Part shown: positions 10,725 to 22,500 of the stretch, one piece after another
Layout: every line of letters begins with the position of its first letter
Numbering within the stretch: position 1 is the first letter of the stretch
DNA from: Malacoraja senta
Lineage: Eukaryota
Direction: 5' to 3'
Assembly (NCBI GenBank): GCA_038087875.1
Contig: CM075980.1
Span: 10,292,001-10,356,000 of the forward strand
Length of the DNA: 64,000 nucleotides
Notes under the pieces: generated by a model
Told to the model about the DNA's origin: nothing
What the model saw: the letters and a program-made list of their open reading frames with translations, nothing else
Database searches by the model: none
Position numbers and translations under genes: made by a program

Positions 10725-11780
10725 TTCTCACATCTACCATGGTACCGTGTAAATCATTTTTGTTTACAGTTCAGTACAAGTATCACTATACATAAGCACT
10801 TAAATACTTCTTAGATAAACATCTCAGATACAGTAAAAGTGTATCGTGGTGGTACACTGTGACAGTATATAGAGTCGCCAGATTTGGCGCCATTTTCATA
10901 TCCCAGTTGTTGTTAATGCAGGGTACTTGACCTGACCATGAAGGTCCGCTGCCCTGCCAGCGTTGCGGGTTCTTCATCGGCCCTCTTCGCCGTCAGAGTG
11001 GTGCACTCCCTCCCGCAGTCAGTCTGCTTAACGGTCCTTCCTCTCCGGCCGGTTTCGGTCGCCTCCTCCACGGAGAGGCAACTTTTTCCAGGTCGCCTCC
11101 CCCGTGGCCTAACAACAAGGATCGGCGCGACCTTTCCCGGAGACGCGCCCGGGGCTTCAGCGGCGGGCGTGGACTCTCGGCGCGGAGCTGGGTCTCGCCG
11201 GAGGGGAGCGCTCCGTTTCGCTGGCCCGCGGCAGCCGGCAGCCTGAAGTCGCGGTCTGCAGAGCTCCAGCTGGCGCGCAGTCTGGGATCCCTCGTGGGGG
11301 ACCCGGGAGAGGAAGAAGATACCATTGTCGGCCCGCGCCCTACTTCTACCGCGGGCCCGGCGTGGACTTACCATCACCCCTGGAGGGGAGCTTCGACCGC
11401 CGGCCCTGCGGTCTGCGGTGCTTCTGGCTGCGGCGCGGGGACTTTAAATCTTCGACCGCCGGCCTGCGGCCTACACCAACCTGAAGCCGCGGTCTCCGGT
11501 GGGGGAGACATCGTTTTTCATGACTTACCTGGGCTTTCACTCAACTGGATGCCCGCAGCGACGGCTGCGGAGTGTTGAGGTCCCGACCACGGGGGAAAAT
11601 GGAGGAGGACTAGCCAAATTTTGTGCCTTCCACCACAATGATGAATGCTTTGGTGGATGTTTGTGTTACATTTTTATTGTGTATTGTGTGTTCTTTATCA
11701 TTGTACCGCTGCTGGCAAATTCATTTCACTTGCACTTTATGTGCAATGTGACGAATAAAACCGTATTGTATTGTATTGTA
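10725..11780. repeat. CpG-rich interspersed repeat flanked by two outward-pointing LINE-type tails
   Basis: Minus-strand tail 10725-10940, GC-rich core about 10940-11600, plus-strand tail ending gtgacgaataaaacc(gtatt)n at about 11780; family not identified. Confidence 0.45.
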
Positions 11781-12514
11781 GGTGCAATATCACCTTTACA
11801 TTCGCTATATTCCTGTAACTTAAGTCACCATTTTGCCCCATGGCATCTTCCGATGTAAAAAAAACGAAATGTTTTCCTTACTTAAAACACCACTATTTGT
11901 TTAAGTCTCATCTACCCCATTTTTACCCGATTAGTCAGAAGGTGGTCCCAGCATGATTCTCGTGGCCATGGGCTCATTAAAATATTGAAACGTTTATACT
12001 ATTGCAAAACATATATCTTCTATGCCAGGCGTTGAACTGCCTTATAAGATTCTGTTCAAGAGCAAATTTGCGCGTAGCACTGTGAACACTGGGATTGTTA
12101 ACACTGAACTTCTTAATTTCAAACCGAGGTCCCAAACTTCTCGTAGAGCAAGTCCACATTTGGCGCTTTGAACTTTGCCAGTTCTTAGGCGGACTTAAAT
12201 GTGTGTGCCATTTCAATTCCGCCTCAATATTTCTCCAGATACATGAAGATGCGTTAAATCTCCGCTCTGCACACTGGACACAGACATTGGCGTTCCTCGT
12301 CAAAGTTCATAAAACAGAATGGTAGTTTGCGCTGCGCCATCCATAATACTTCCTATTTCTTCTTCATCTATGTAACCGTGACTCTAATGGACAATGTTAA
12401 ATCTGAAACTCCTGTATCACCGCAACCTGGAATCTCATATTTATTTCGTTCACATTTACATCCCTTAGTCACTGTTTTTTGAACTAATCTTTTTTCTTCA
12501 TCATCTTGGTTTAA

Positions 12515-12852
12515 TTTATTGTACTGAGCTTTAGTGAAAACGGTTTTGGATGCGTGCTATCCGGTCAACGAAAGGACTCTATATGATTACAATCAAGCCG
12601 TCCACAATGTACAGATACAGGATAAAGATAAACCATTCAGTGCACGACGAAGTTCTATTAAAGATAATTCAATTGCCTCATGAGGCTAAATGAGAGGCCT
12701 GGATCGCACGCACGCTCGTGAGAGGACGGTTCGGTTGCTGGAAAGGAACTGTTCGTGAATCTGGAGGAATGCATTTTCAAACTTCTATACCTGTTGTCTG
12801 ATGGGAGAAGGGAGACGAAGGAATGAGCAGAATGCGACTGTTCGTTGCTTAT
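12515..12852 (-). mobile_element. Older Rex1-like LINE, 3' end (host, left part)
   Basis: SHSAHSFVSLLPSDNRYRSL...SRFTNSSFPA is the typical Rex1/Babar ORF C-terminus and continues from 15045-15500. Confidence 0.65.
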
Positions 12853-15044
12853 GAATGAATGAATGAATGAACGAATGAACGAATCAATGAATGAATACAT
12901 ACGTTTATTGGCCAAGTATTCACATACAAGGAATTTGCCTTGGTGCTCCGCCCGCAAGTGACAACATGACATACAATGACAGTTAGGAATGACACATAAA
13001 ACATTATTGATTAAACATGTGAATTAAATAAAATACCTGAGCAAAAGGAGGCTACAGATTTTTGATTATTGAGTAGAGCTACCACTCGTGGAAAAAGGCT
13101 GTTTTTATGTCTTGCTGTGGCAGCTTTGACAGTTCGGAGTCACCTTCCAGAGGGAAGTGAATCGAAGAGTTTGTGGTCAGGGTGAGAGGGGTCAGGGATG
13201 ATCTTACGCGCTCGCTTCCAGGCCCTTGCAGGGTACAGTTCATCATTGGAGGGAAGGTTGACGCCAAAAACCTTCTCAACTGATCGGACGATTCGCTGCA
13301 GCCTCCGGATGTCGTGCTTGGTGGCTGAGCCAAACTAGACCATGATGGAGAAGATGAGGACAGATTCTATGATGGCTGTATAGAATTGGACCATCATTGC
13401 CTGTGGCAAAGTGTGCTTCCTCAGCTGCCACAGGAAGCACATCGTCAGTTGTGCCGTTTTGACTGTGGAGTCGATGGAACTTAAAAGACTTCCCAGGAAG
13501 TTAAAAGACTCCACAGATGTTACTGTGGTGTTGTTGATGGTAAGTGGGGTGAGAGGAGGCGGAGATCTCCTAAAGTCTACTATCAATTCCACTGTCTTAA
13601 GAGCATTGAGCTCCAGGTTGTTGCGAACGCACCAGGCCGCCAGCTGTGTCACTTCCTGTCTATAGGCAGATACTTCCCCATCCTAGATTAGTCCAATCAG
13701 GGTCGTGTCGTCCGCAAACTTGAGAAGCTCGACAGAGGAGTCAGTGGAGGTGCAGTCATTGGTGTAGAGAGATTAGAGGAGAGGGGAGAGCACGCAGCCT
13801 TGCGGTGCTCCTATGCTGAGGGTTTGCGGGTCCGAGATGTGCTTTCCCAGCCTCACATGCTGCTTCCTGTCTGTCAGGAAGCTGGTGATCCACCGACAAA
13901 GGGGTTCAGGCACAGTCAACTCGGAAAGTTTGGAGTGTAGTAGCTCTGGCACAATGGTGTTGAATGCAGAGCTAAAATCAACAAACAAAATTCTTGCTTA
14001 GGTCCCATGGCCGTCTAGGTGCTGGAGGATGAAGTGCAGGCCCAGGTTGACTGCGTCATCCACAGATCTATTGGCCCGATATGAAAACTGCAGATGGCCC
14101 AGTTATTTTTCAGCTTGGCCAACCCAAGCCTTTCAATGGTCTTCATGACTACAGAGGTCAGTGCGACAGGCCTGTAGTCATTAAGACCAGTAATCCTTGA
14201 CTTTTGGGGTAAAGGGACAATAGTGGAGACTTTGAAGCAGGCAGGGACGGTACAGGTTTGCAGGGACTGTTTGAAAATGTCTGTGTAGACCGGTGCCAGT
14301 TGTTCAGCACACAGCTTGAGAGTAGAGGGGGAAACGTTGTCCGGTCCTGGAGATTTCTGGCTTTTCTACCTTCTGAACAGTCCCTCCACCTCCTCTATTT
14401 TTATTGTTGATGATGAAGAAGTGATGTTGTGGAGCACGGAGTGGATGGGTAATTGGGCGTGAAGTGGTGATTGGAGAGGGGTGGGTGGGAAAGGGTCCAG
14501 TCTTTTCAAACTGAAGTCTTGCTTTAAGTTGGTGTGAAGTGGTGATTGGGGAGGAATGTGTGTAGAAAGGTCCAGTCTTTGCAGACTTGGGTCAGGTTGC
14601 GGGTGGGTGTGAAGTGTTGGTTGGGGTGGGAAAGGGTCCAGTCTTTTCAGACTGGAGTTTTTCTTTAAGTAGGTGTGAAGTGGCGAATGGGTAGAAGTAG
14701 AAGGGTCCAGTCTCTGCAGACTGGGGTCTATATGTGTTGGTTGGTGGTGGGGGAGAGGGGGTACCAGGGTTACGTTTCTGCTTGTCAAACCTACAGTATA
14801 ACGCATTCAGGTCGTTGGTCAGCGGACGATTGTCCAAAGAGCGGGGGGCTTTCCTCTTGTAGCTGGTGATTTCTTGCAAACCCTTCCAAACTGAAGAAGA
14901 GTCACTAGCTGAGAACTTGCTCCTCAACTTCTCAGAGTACCTTTCATTGGCAGCTCTGATTCCTCTTCTCAGCTTGTACTTTGCCTGCCTGTAGAGGTCT
15001 GCATCACCGCTCCTGTAGGCTTCCTCAATAGGCTTTCGGAGGTG
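12853..15044 (-). mobile_element. Rex1/Babar LINE, 5'-truncated, with (TTCA)n tail
   Basis: FVDFSSAFNTI, GAPQGCVLSPLL, WC..NNLELNALKTVELIVDFR motifs; (GAAT)n at 12853-12897 on the plus strand. Confidence 0.88.
14455..14730 (-). repeat. Four-unit (A-B-A-B) minisatellite inside the Rex1 ORF
   Basis: aag(g)gtccagtct repeated at about 14490, 14567, 14632 and 14701; translates as L(Q/K)RLD(P/L) repeats. Confidence 0.75.
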
Positions 15045-15500
15045 ATGCTGGTGGCTCAGCAAGGCGGCGTGGTACAGGTGAAGTCCAAGGAAGGTAGATT
15101 GGTTTGCGTGATGGCCTGGGCTACGTCCACAACTGTCTGCAATTTCTTGCGGGTTTCGATGGAGCTGTTCCCAAACCATGGTGTGATGCATGCCGATAAA
15201 ACAGTTTTCTAGAGTGCACATGTAGCGTGGGCTGTTGGGTACACGCCAAACTTGCCGAGCCTCCTAAGGGAATAAAGGTGTTGAGTACATCCTTGGCGAT
15301 TGCTTCCATATGGCTGGTCCAGGACCATTTGCCGGTGATATTTATTCCTAGGTACCTGAAGATGTAGAACATCTCTACTTCGTTCCATGAAGTCAACCAG
15401 AATCTCCTAAATCTTGCTGTCGTTGAGGTAGAAGTTGTTATTTTGGCACCAGATTGTGCGGTTCGTCTCCCCCACGGCAGGACAAACCTTTATGGAAGAT
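15045..15500 (-). mobile_element. Older Rex1-like LINE (host, right part)
   Basis: YLGINITGKWSWTSH and CITPWFGNSS..KKLQTVVDVAQ-like residues across frameshifts. Confidence 0.6.
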
Positions 15501-16194
15501 CTTGAGTTAATATAACTACCGATAGCGGTGCTCAGGTGCCTACGTGATCATACCAGGATGTGAAGATTCCGCCAGAAATAGTGCGTATTCGGTCCGCGTT
15601 TCGAATTTGTGTGCTTCTTGTGTTCTTTGCTGGTACCTCAACTTCCACCGTAAAGCCTTATCGTACTCAATAACATCCTCGACGACCCACCTCCTTTTTT
15701 AGTAGTTGCAAACCAAGGACACGTAAAGAAACGTGCACGTTAAATTTTATCAGGGGGGATTTCAGAATGCCTTTGAAACACTTATGCTGCAGTTAAGATC
15801 TTACGCCATGATGGAGATCCGAGTAGAGTGCTCGGCTCAGCAGTTTAGTTTTGGTTCTGTGGATGATATAACAAAAGAATCAACACCCCTACCATCGCTT
15901 ACTCACACACAGCTCCGAACAATGCCAAGTAGCTGATCAAACCCAGATACTTAGTGTTTTGGCCTGTGAACCAATGCTTGTGAACCAATGACTTATGGTG
16001 CCAATGGAGATTGCTGCTGCTGCTCAGCAGAATATGGATTTCGTGCTATATTCGAGGTATTGGTCATCGGACATCAGTTTCCTTAGTCTGTGAGAGGCAC
16101 TATAGAAGCAATACTGGGGATTTTAGTAATCAAAACCTGCCTTGCTTGTGAAGACACAGGGGAAGTCATCCCCAATATTTAAAGTGAGCTGCAC

Positions 16195-16235
16195 TGCATC
16201 TCTCGTCAAAAATATGATTTTTGACGAGAGATGCA
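16195..16235. repeat. Perfect 19-bp inverted repeat with 3-nt loop
   Basis: TGCATCTCTCGTCAAAAAT-ATG-ATTTTTGACGAGAGATGCA. Confidence 0.95.
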
Positions 16236-16419
16236 ACGCGGAGCGGTATTATTCAGTAGGGGCAGCTATATGAAGGACAAATGCCGTCCTCCGTGTACTT
16301 TCGCCTGCATGGAGGGCAGCTACAATGTTCAGAACAAAATCTGGCAAAGATATGGAGCACTGAAAGTGTATTCATAGCAGTCATTATTTCGGTTGCATAT
16401 ACACAGAAGGTCCTTCCGT

Positions 16420-17530
16420 GTTATAAATTAGACAAATATCCCGGCCTGATCAGATATACCCAAGGACACTGTGAGAAGCCAGAGAGGAAATTGCAGGAGC
16501 TCTCGTTGAGATTTATGAGTCGTCTGGTAAATACAGGCGAGGTGCCGGAAGAGGGACGGGGGGCAAATGTCGCGCCTGTATTCAAGAAGGGCTGCAGGGA
16601 AAAGGCGGGAAGCTACATTCAAGCGATCCTAACACCTGTGGGCGAAAAGTTAGTAGAGGGTATTCTGAGGGATAGGATATACACGCATTTAGATGGACAA
16701 TGGCTGATTAGGGACAGTCAACATGGGAGGTCGTGGGAGGGAGTGTCTTACGAATCATATTGAGATTTTGAAGATGTGACCAAAAAAGGTCCATGAAGGC
16801 AGATCTATAGAGTAGTATACATGGACTTTAGTAAGACATTTGATAAGGTTCCGCATGGAAGGCTGCTCTGGAACGTTAGATCCCGTGTGTTTCAAGGAGA
16901 GGTAAGCGAATTGATAGAAAATTGGCTTCATGGAAGGAAGCAGGGAGTGATGGTAGAAGATTCGTTTTCCGACTGGAGGCCCCTGACAAGTTGTGTGCCT
17001 AAGGGTTCGTTGCCGGGTCCATTGCTGTATGTCACCGCTGACAATGATTTGGATTAGACGGTACATGGCATAGTTAGCAATGTTGCAGGTGACACAAAAG
17101 AGGGTGGTATCGTAGATTGTAAAGATGGTTGTCAAAAATTGCAGCATGATCTTGATTAGTTGGGTACATTGGGCTTCATCAGTCAGAGCATTGATTATAG
17201 AGGTTGGGATGTCACGTTGCAGTCGTATAAGGCATTGGTGTGGCTGCATTTAGAGTATTGTGTTCAATTTTGGGCACCTTGTTACAAGAACGATATTGTC
17301 AAGCTGGAAAGGGTGCAGAGAAGATTTAAGGGAATGTTGCTGGGACTCGTGGGCCCGAGCAATGGGGAGAGGTTGAGCAGGCTAGGACTTTATTCCTTGG
17401 AGCGCAGGAGGACTAAGGGTGATCTTATAGAGCTGTACAAAATCATGTGATGAATAGATCGGATAGACAGATCGGAAGATTCTCTTGCCCAGGTTAGAGG
17501 AGTCGACGACTAGAGAGGTTTAAGGTGAGG
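16420..17530 (+). mobile_element. CR1 LINE fragment (RT), internally deleted
   Basis: MDFSKTFDKVPH, LEYCVQFWAP, KLERVQRRF. Confidence 0.85.
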
Positions 17531-17689
17531 TGGGGGGGGGGGGGCGGAAGGGCCTGTTTCCACACGTAAGACTCGTGACTCTTTCACTCCGCGCCTGAAA
17601 CTACACACGGAATTGAATTATGCAACGCCTCTGCTTTCACCTCCCCCCTTCCTATCATCCAGGGATCCTATCGGCACTTTCAGTTTGTG

Positions 17690-18850
17690 TCTACAGTACA
17701 TCGTGGGATTGGTGATCGCTTTATGGAGCACCTGGACTCAGTCCGTAAATTAAATCCAGAGCGTCCAATTCGGCCTTTCTGTGTGGCTTCCTGTATTATT
17801 GCAACGAGTTACAATTCAAGCTTGAGGAATATCACCACATCTTCTGTCTGGAATCAAATTCCACAAAATTTGGTAACTCATTCTTCACTTCTCCCTCTAT
17901 CAGAGCTGGCCATTTCTGCCCGTCATCATTTGACTCCCTTTTCCTTATTCTATTCTTATAGTTCGTTAGCATTACCATTAATAAGAAAATACATAGACAG
18001 ATAGACATATAGCAATGTGCTTGCAACTGCCGCATTAACTCAAAGGAAAGCTATCAGTTGAATTCCCTGTGTTATCAACATTCCTCTCCCTCCTTTTCTG
18101 GCACTGACACGAAATAGCCTTTCTCTCTACCACGGGGCTCCGGACGAGAAACGTCGGCTGATTGTAACTAAATTATACATTACCAATTATGTCCGCCTTG
18201 CCCTTTCAAATCTTGTGTCGCAGTTTAGATATTTTTATTCCCATGAAGTTATTTAACAATTATTATCTACCACATCCCATTTGTTATCAATTTAATAATT
18301 TACAAGATTAAGCGAGCATTGCAAATTGCCTGTATTATGTGGGTGAGTAAAGGTATATGGGGACAATAAATGAGATTATGCGTAGAACAAATTGCGATTC
18401 GTTTGGGTTTGTTGTATTGGGTGCTTGATGGACAATACAGACTTGGCGCAGTGGAGTGGGCTGTGAGGCTGCAAATTGGAGGAACAGCACCACATTTTTC
18501 GGTTAAGGAACTTTCAACCCAGCGTTTTGAATGTTGGTTTCTCTAAATTCAAGTTATTCCTGCATCCCCTACCTCCCCGCCCCTCCCACGCCCTCGTCGT
18601 TCTAACAGTATCACTGTTCGCATCGTTTTATCCCTCTCTCTATCACCCCTTCTTCAGCCAACAATGGGCCCATTAGGAGCTTCACTGTGCCCTTCATGTT
18701 GCCGGCCCGGATTTTTTTCTGGCGTTTTGTCGTCTACAGTTTCCACCCCGCTCCCCTCCCCCAATCCCCACACAGTCTGAAGAAGAGTTCTGAGCCGAAA
18801 AGTAAACGATTCCTTTTCTCCAGAGATGCTGCCTGACCCGCTGAGTAAAT
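17690..18850 (+). mobile_element. Degenerate Penelope fragments (GIY-YIG region, 3'UTR, terminal repeat)
   Basis: GDRFMEHLDSVR at 17690-17780; KLEEQHHIFRL..QPS..N at 18470-18550; ctgaagaag core at 18777. Confidence 0.6.
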
Positions 18851-19302
18851 CTGACATTGTGTGTCAACTGTCGGTTTGTAGTTCTTAACCTAAATTCATC
18901 CCGATCCGTTAATTTATTTTTGGGATTCATGTATTGTTTGTCAGACAATGTATCGATTGCCCATCCCTATCTGCCCTTGAAAAACTGATGTTAAACTGCC
19001 TTGAACAACTATAGTCTTGTGATGACATTATTACCATACGTCCAAAGGTTGGATCAAGGAAGAGTGAAAGATGTTACATATCCAAGCCATAATGTGTACA
19101 ACTTGGAGTTTACCTTGCAAATAACTATATAATAATGCGTAAGATAGACACAAAGTACTGGAGTAATTCCGCGAAGCATTTCGCATCCTCTGCGAAAAAG
19201 GATGAATGACAGCTTCTGCAGCAAACGCCGAATGCAAACCAGCATATGCAGCTGCTTTTGCGCATTCTATACTTTATTATGTGTCTGTTGTTCTTGTCTG
19301 CC

Positions 19303-19990
19303 TTATAAGATCATAAGTGTTAAGATCATAAGTGATGGGTGCAGAATTAGGCCATATGGCTGATCAAGTCTACTCCCCATAAACTGTGACACCCGTACTG
19401 ATCATAAATGTATCTCACTTAAAATCAGCCACTGACTTGGCCTCCACAGCCTTCTGTGGCAAATAATTCCATCGATTCACCAATAAATTCCTCCTCATCT
19501 CCTTCCTAAAAGAACGTTCTTTAATTTTGTGTCTAGACCTGGACTCAATACTACTGGAAACATCCGCTCCACACTATCCAAGCCTTTCACTATTCTGTAC
19601 GTTTCAATGAGGTTCCATCTCATTCTTCTAAACTCCAGCGAGTACAGCCCCAGTGCCGTCAAACGCTCATTAGATGTTAACCCACTCATTCCTGTGATCA
19701 TTCTTGTAAACCTCCTCTGGACCCTTTCCAGAGGAAGCACATCCTTCCTCAGATACGGTGCCCAGCATTGCTCACAATATTCCAAATTCGACCCGACCAG
19801 CGCCCTATAGAACCTCAGCATGACATTCCTGTTTTCGGATACAAGCCCTCTCGAAATAAATGTAATCATTGCGTTTGCTTTCTTTACTACCGAATCCACT
19901 TGCGAATTAACGTTTTGGAGATCCTATACCAGTAGTCCCAAGTCCCTTTGCACCTCCGCTTCATGGATTCTCTCCCCATTTAGAAACTAG
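19303..19990 (-). mobile_element. CR1 LINE 3' fragment
   Basis: LEYCEQCWAPYLRKDV, LGLYSLEFRRMR; (ataagatc) tail. Confidence 0.85.
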
Positions 19991-20224
19991 TCTACGCCTT
20001 TATTCCTTGGTGACAATGTTGCAGTTGGCTATACATAAGGGACTCTAGACGGCGCAGACTGCGGCCTTGTTGCACTTGTGGTGGACAGAGACAAAGTTTA
20101 GGTTTATATCATTCAAATAAGAAATTTCATCCTGTAACATGTCGAACTTTTTCAATGTTGTTGGGGCTCATTGCAACATGTGGTGAGTATTCAATCACAG
20201 CCGTATTGCTCTTTTTTTAAAACA

Positions 20225-22500
20225 ATATCAGAGAAGTCTTGAGAATTTAGTTTAATGAGCCATTAGGAGGTAGTGACCATAATATGGTACGTTTTAATCT
20301 ACAATTTGAGAGGGAGAAGGGTAAATCGGATGTGTCAGTGTTACAGTTGAACAAAGGGGACAATGGAACCATGAGGGAGAAGCTGGCCAAAGTTGTCTGG
20401 AAAGACACCCTAGCAGGGATGACAGTGGAACAACAATGGCAGGTATTTCTGGGAATTTCTGGGAATAATACAGAAGGTGCAGGATCAGTTCATTCCAAAG
20501 AGGAAGAAAGATTCCAAGGGGAGTAAGGGGCGACCGTGGCTGACAAGGGAAGTCAGGGACAGTATAAAAATAAAAGAGAAGAAGTACAACGTAGCAAAGA
20601 TGAGTGGTAAGCAAGAGGATTGGGTAATGTTTAAAGAGCAACAGAAGATAACTAAAAAGGCAATACGGGGAGAAAAGATGAGGTACGAATGTAAGCTAGC
20701 CAAGAATATGAAGGAGGATAGTAAAAGCTTCTTTAGGTATGTGAAGAGGAAAACATTAGTTAAGACCAAAGTTGGACCCTTGAAGACTGAAAAAGGTTAT
20801 TTTATTATGGGGAACAAGGAAAAGGCAGAGGAGTTGAACAGGTACTTTGTATCCGTCTTCAATAAGGAGGACACAAACAATCTTCCTGATGTACTAGTGG
20901 CCAGAGGATCTGGGGTGACCGAGGAACCGAAGGAAATCCACATTAGGCAGGAAATGGTGTTGGGTAGACTGATGGGACTGAAGGCTGATAAATCTCCAAG
21001 GCCTGATGGTCTGCATCCCAGGGTACTTAAGGAAGTGGCTCTAGAAACTGTGGTCATTGGTGATCATTTTCCAATGTTCTATAGATTCAGGATCAGTTCA
21101 TGTGGATTAGAGGGTAGCTAATGTCATCCCACATTTTAAGAAAGGTTGGAGAGAGAAAACAGGGAATTATAGACCAGTTAGCCTGACATCGGTGCAGGGG
21201 AAGATGCTGGAGTCAAACATAAAAGATGAAATAGAGGCTCATTTGGATAGCAGTAACAGGATCGGCCCAAGTCAGCATGGATTTACAAAATCATGCTGGA
21301 CTAATCTTCTGGACATTTTTTAGGGTGTAACTAGGAAAATGGACAAGGGAGAGCCAGTGGATGTAGTGTACCTGGACTTTCAGAAAGCATTTGATAAGGT
21401 CCCACTTGGAGATTAGCGGGCAAAATTAGGGCACATTGTATTGGGGTAGAGTGCTGACATGGATAGAAAATTGGTTGGCAGACAGGAAACAAAGAGTAGG
21501 GATTAACGGGTCCCTTTCAGAATGACAGGCAGTGACTAGAGGGGTACCGCAAGGCTCGGTGCTGGGACCGCAACTATTTACAATATACATCAATGATTTG
21601 GATGAAGGGATGCAAAGTAACAATAGCAAATTTGCAGGTGACACAAAGCTGGGTGGCAGTGTGAGCTGTGAGGAGGATGCTATGAGAATGCAGCGTGACT
21701 TGGACAGGTTGGGTGAGTGGGCAGATGCATGGCAGATCCGGTTTAATGTGGATAAATGTGAGGTAGGCAGATTATGATCTAAATGGTGTCAAGTTGGGAA
21801 AAGGGGAAGTACAACGGGACCTGGAGGTCCTTGTTCATCAGTCAATGAAAGTAAGCATGCAGATACAGCAGGCAGTGAAAAAAGCGAATGTCATGTTGGC
21901 CTTCATAACAAGAGGAGTTGCGCATAGTAGCAAAAAGGCCCTTCTACAGTTGTACAGGGCCCTAGTAAGACCGCACCTGGAGTATTGTGTGCAGTTTTGG
22001 TCCCCTAATTTGAGGAAGGACATTCTTGCTATTGAGGGAGTGTAGCATAGGTTTACAAGGTTCATTCCCAGGATTGCAGGACTATCATATGCTGAGAGAA
22101 TGGAGCGGGTGGGCTTGTATCCTCTGGAATTTAGAAGGATGAGAGGGGATCTTATTGAAACATATACGATTATTAAGGATTTGGCCACGCTAGAGGCAGG
22201 AAATGTTGGGGCCAGGGCCAGAACCAGGGGCCACAGTTTAAGAATAAGGGGTAAGCCACTTACAACGGAGATGAGGAAACAGATTTTTACACAGAGAGTT
22301 GTGAGTGTGGAATTCTCTGCCTCAGAGGGTGGTGGAGGCCGGTCCTCTGGATACTTTCAAGAGAGAGCTAGATAGGGCTCTTAAAGATAGCGGAGTCAGG
22401 GGATATGGGGAGAAGGCAGGAACGGGGTACTGATTGGGGATGATCAACCATGATCACCTTGAATGGCTCCTGCACCTATTGTCTATTGTCTATTGTCTAT
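20225..22500 (+). mobile_element. CR1 LINE, 5'-truncated, with (CTATTGT)n tail
   Basis: KSPRPDGLHPRVLKE, GVPQGSVLGPQLF, LEYCVQFWSP; tail at 22475-22500. Confidence 0.9.

Noticed and set aside
10913-11858. Several 94-154 aa overlapping ORFs
   Set aside because: Expected from stop-poor GC-rich sequence; no domain, splice or codon evidence.
14455-14730. Repeat-spacer pattern as a CRISPR-like array
   Set aside because: Eukaryotic context, the units are mutually homologous, and it lies inside a Rex1 ORF; it is a minisatellite.
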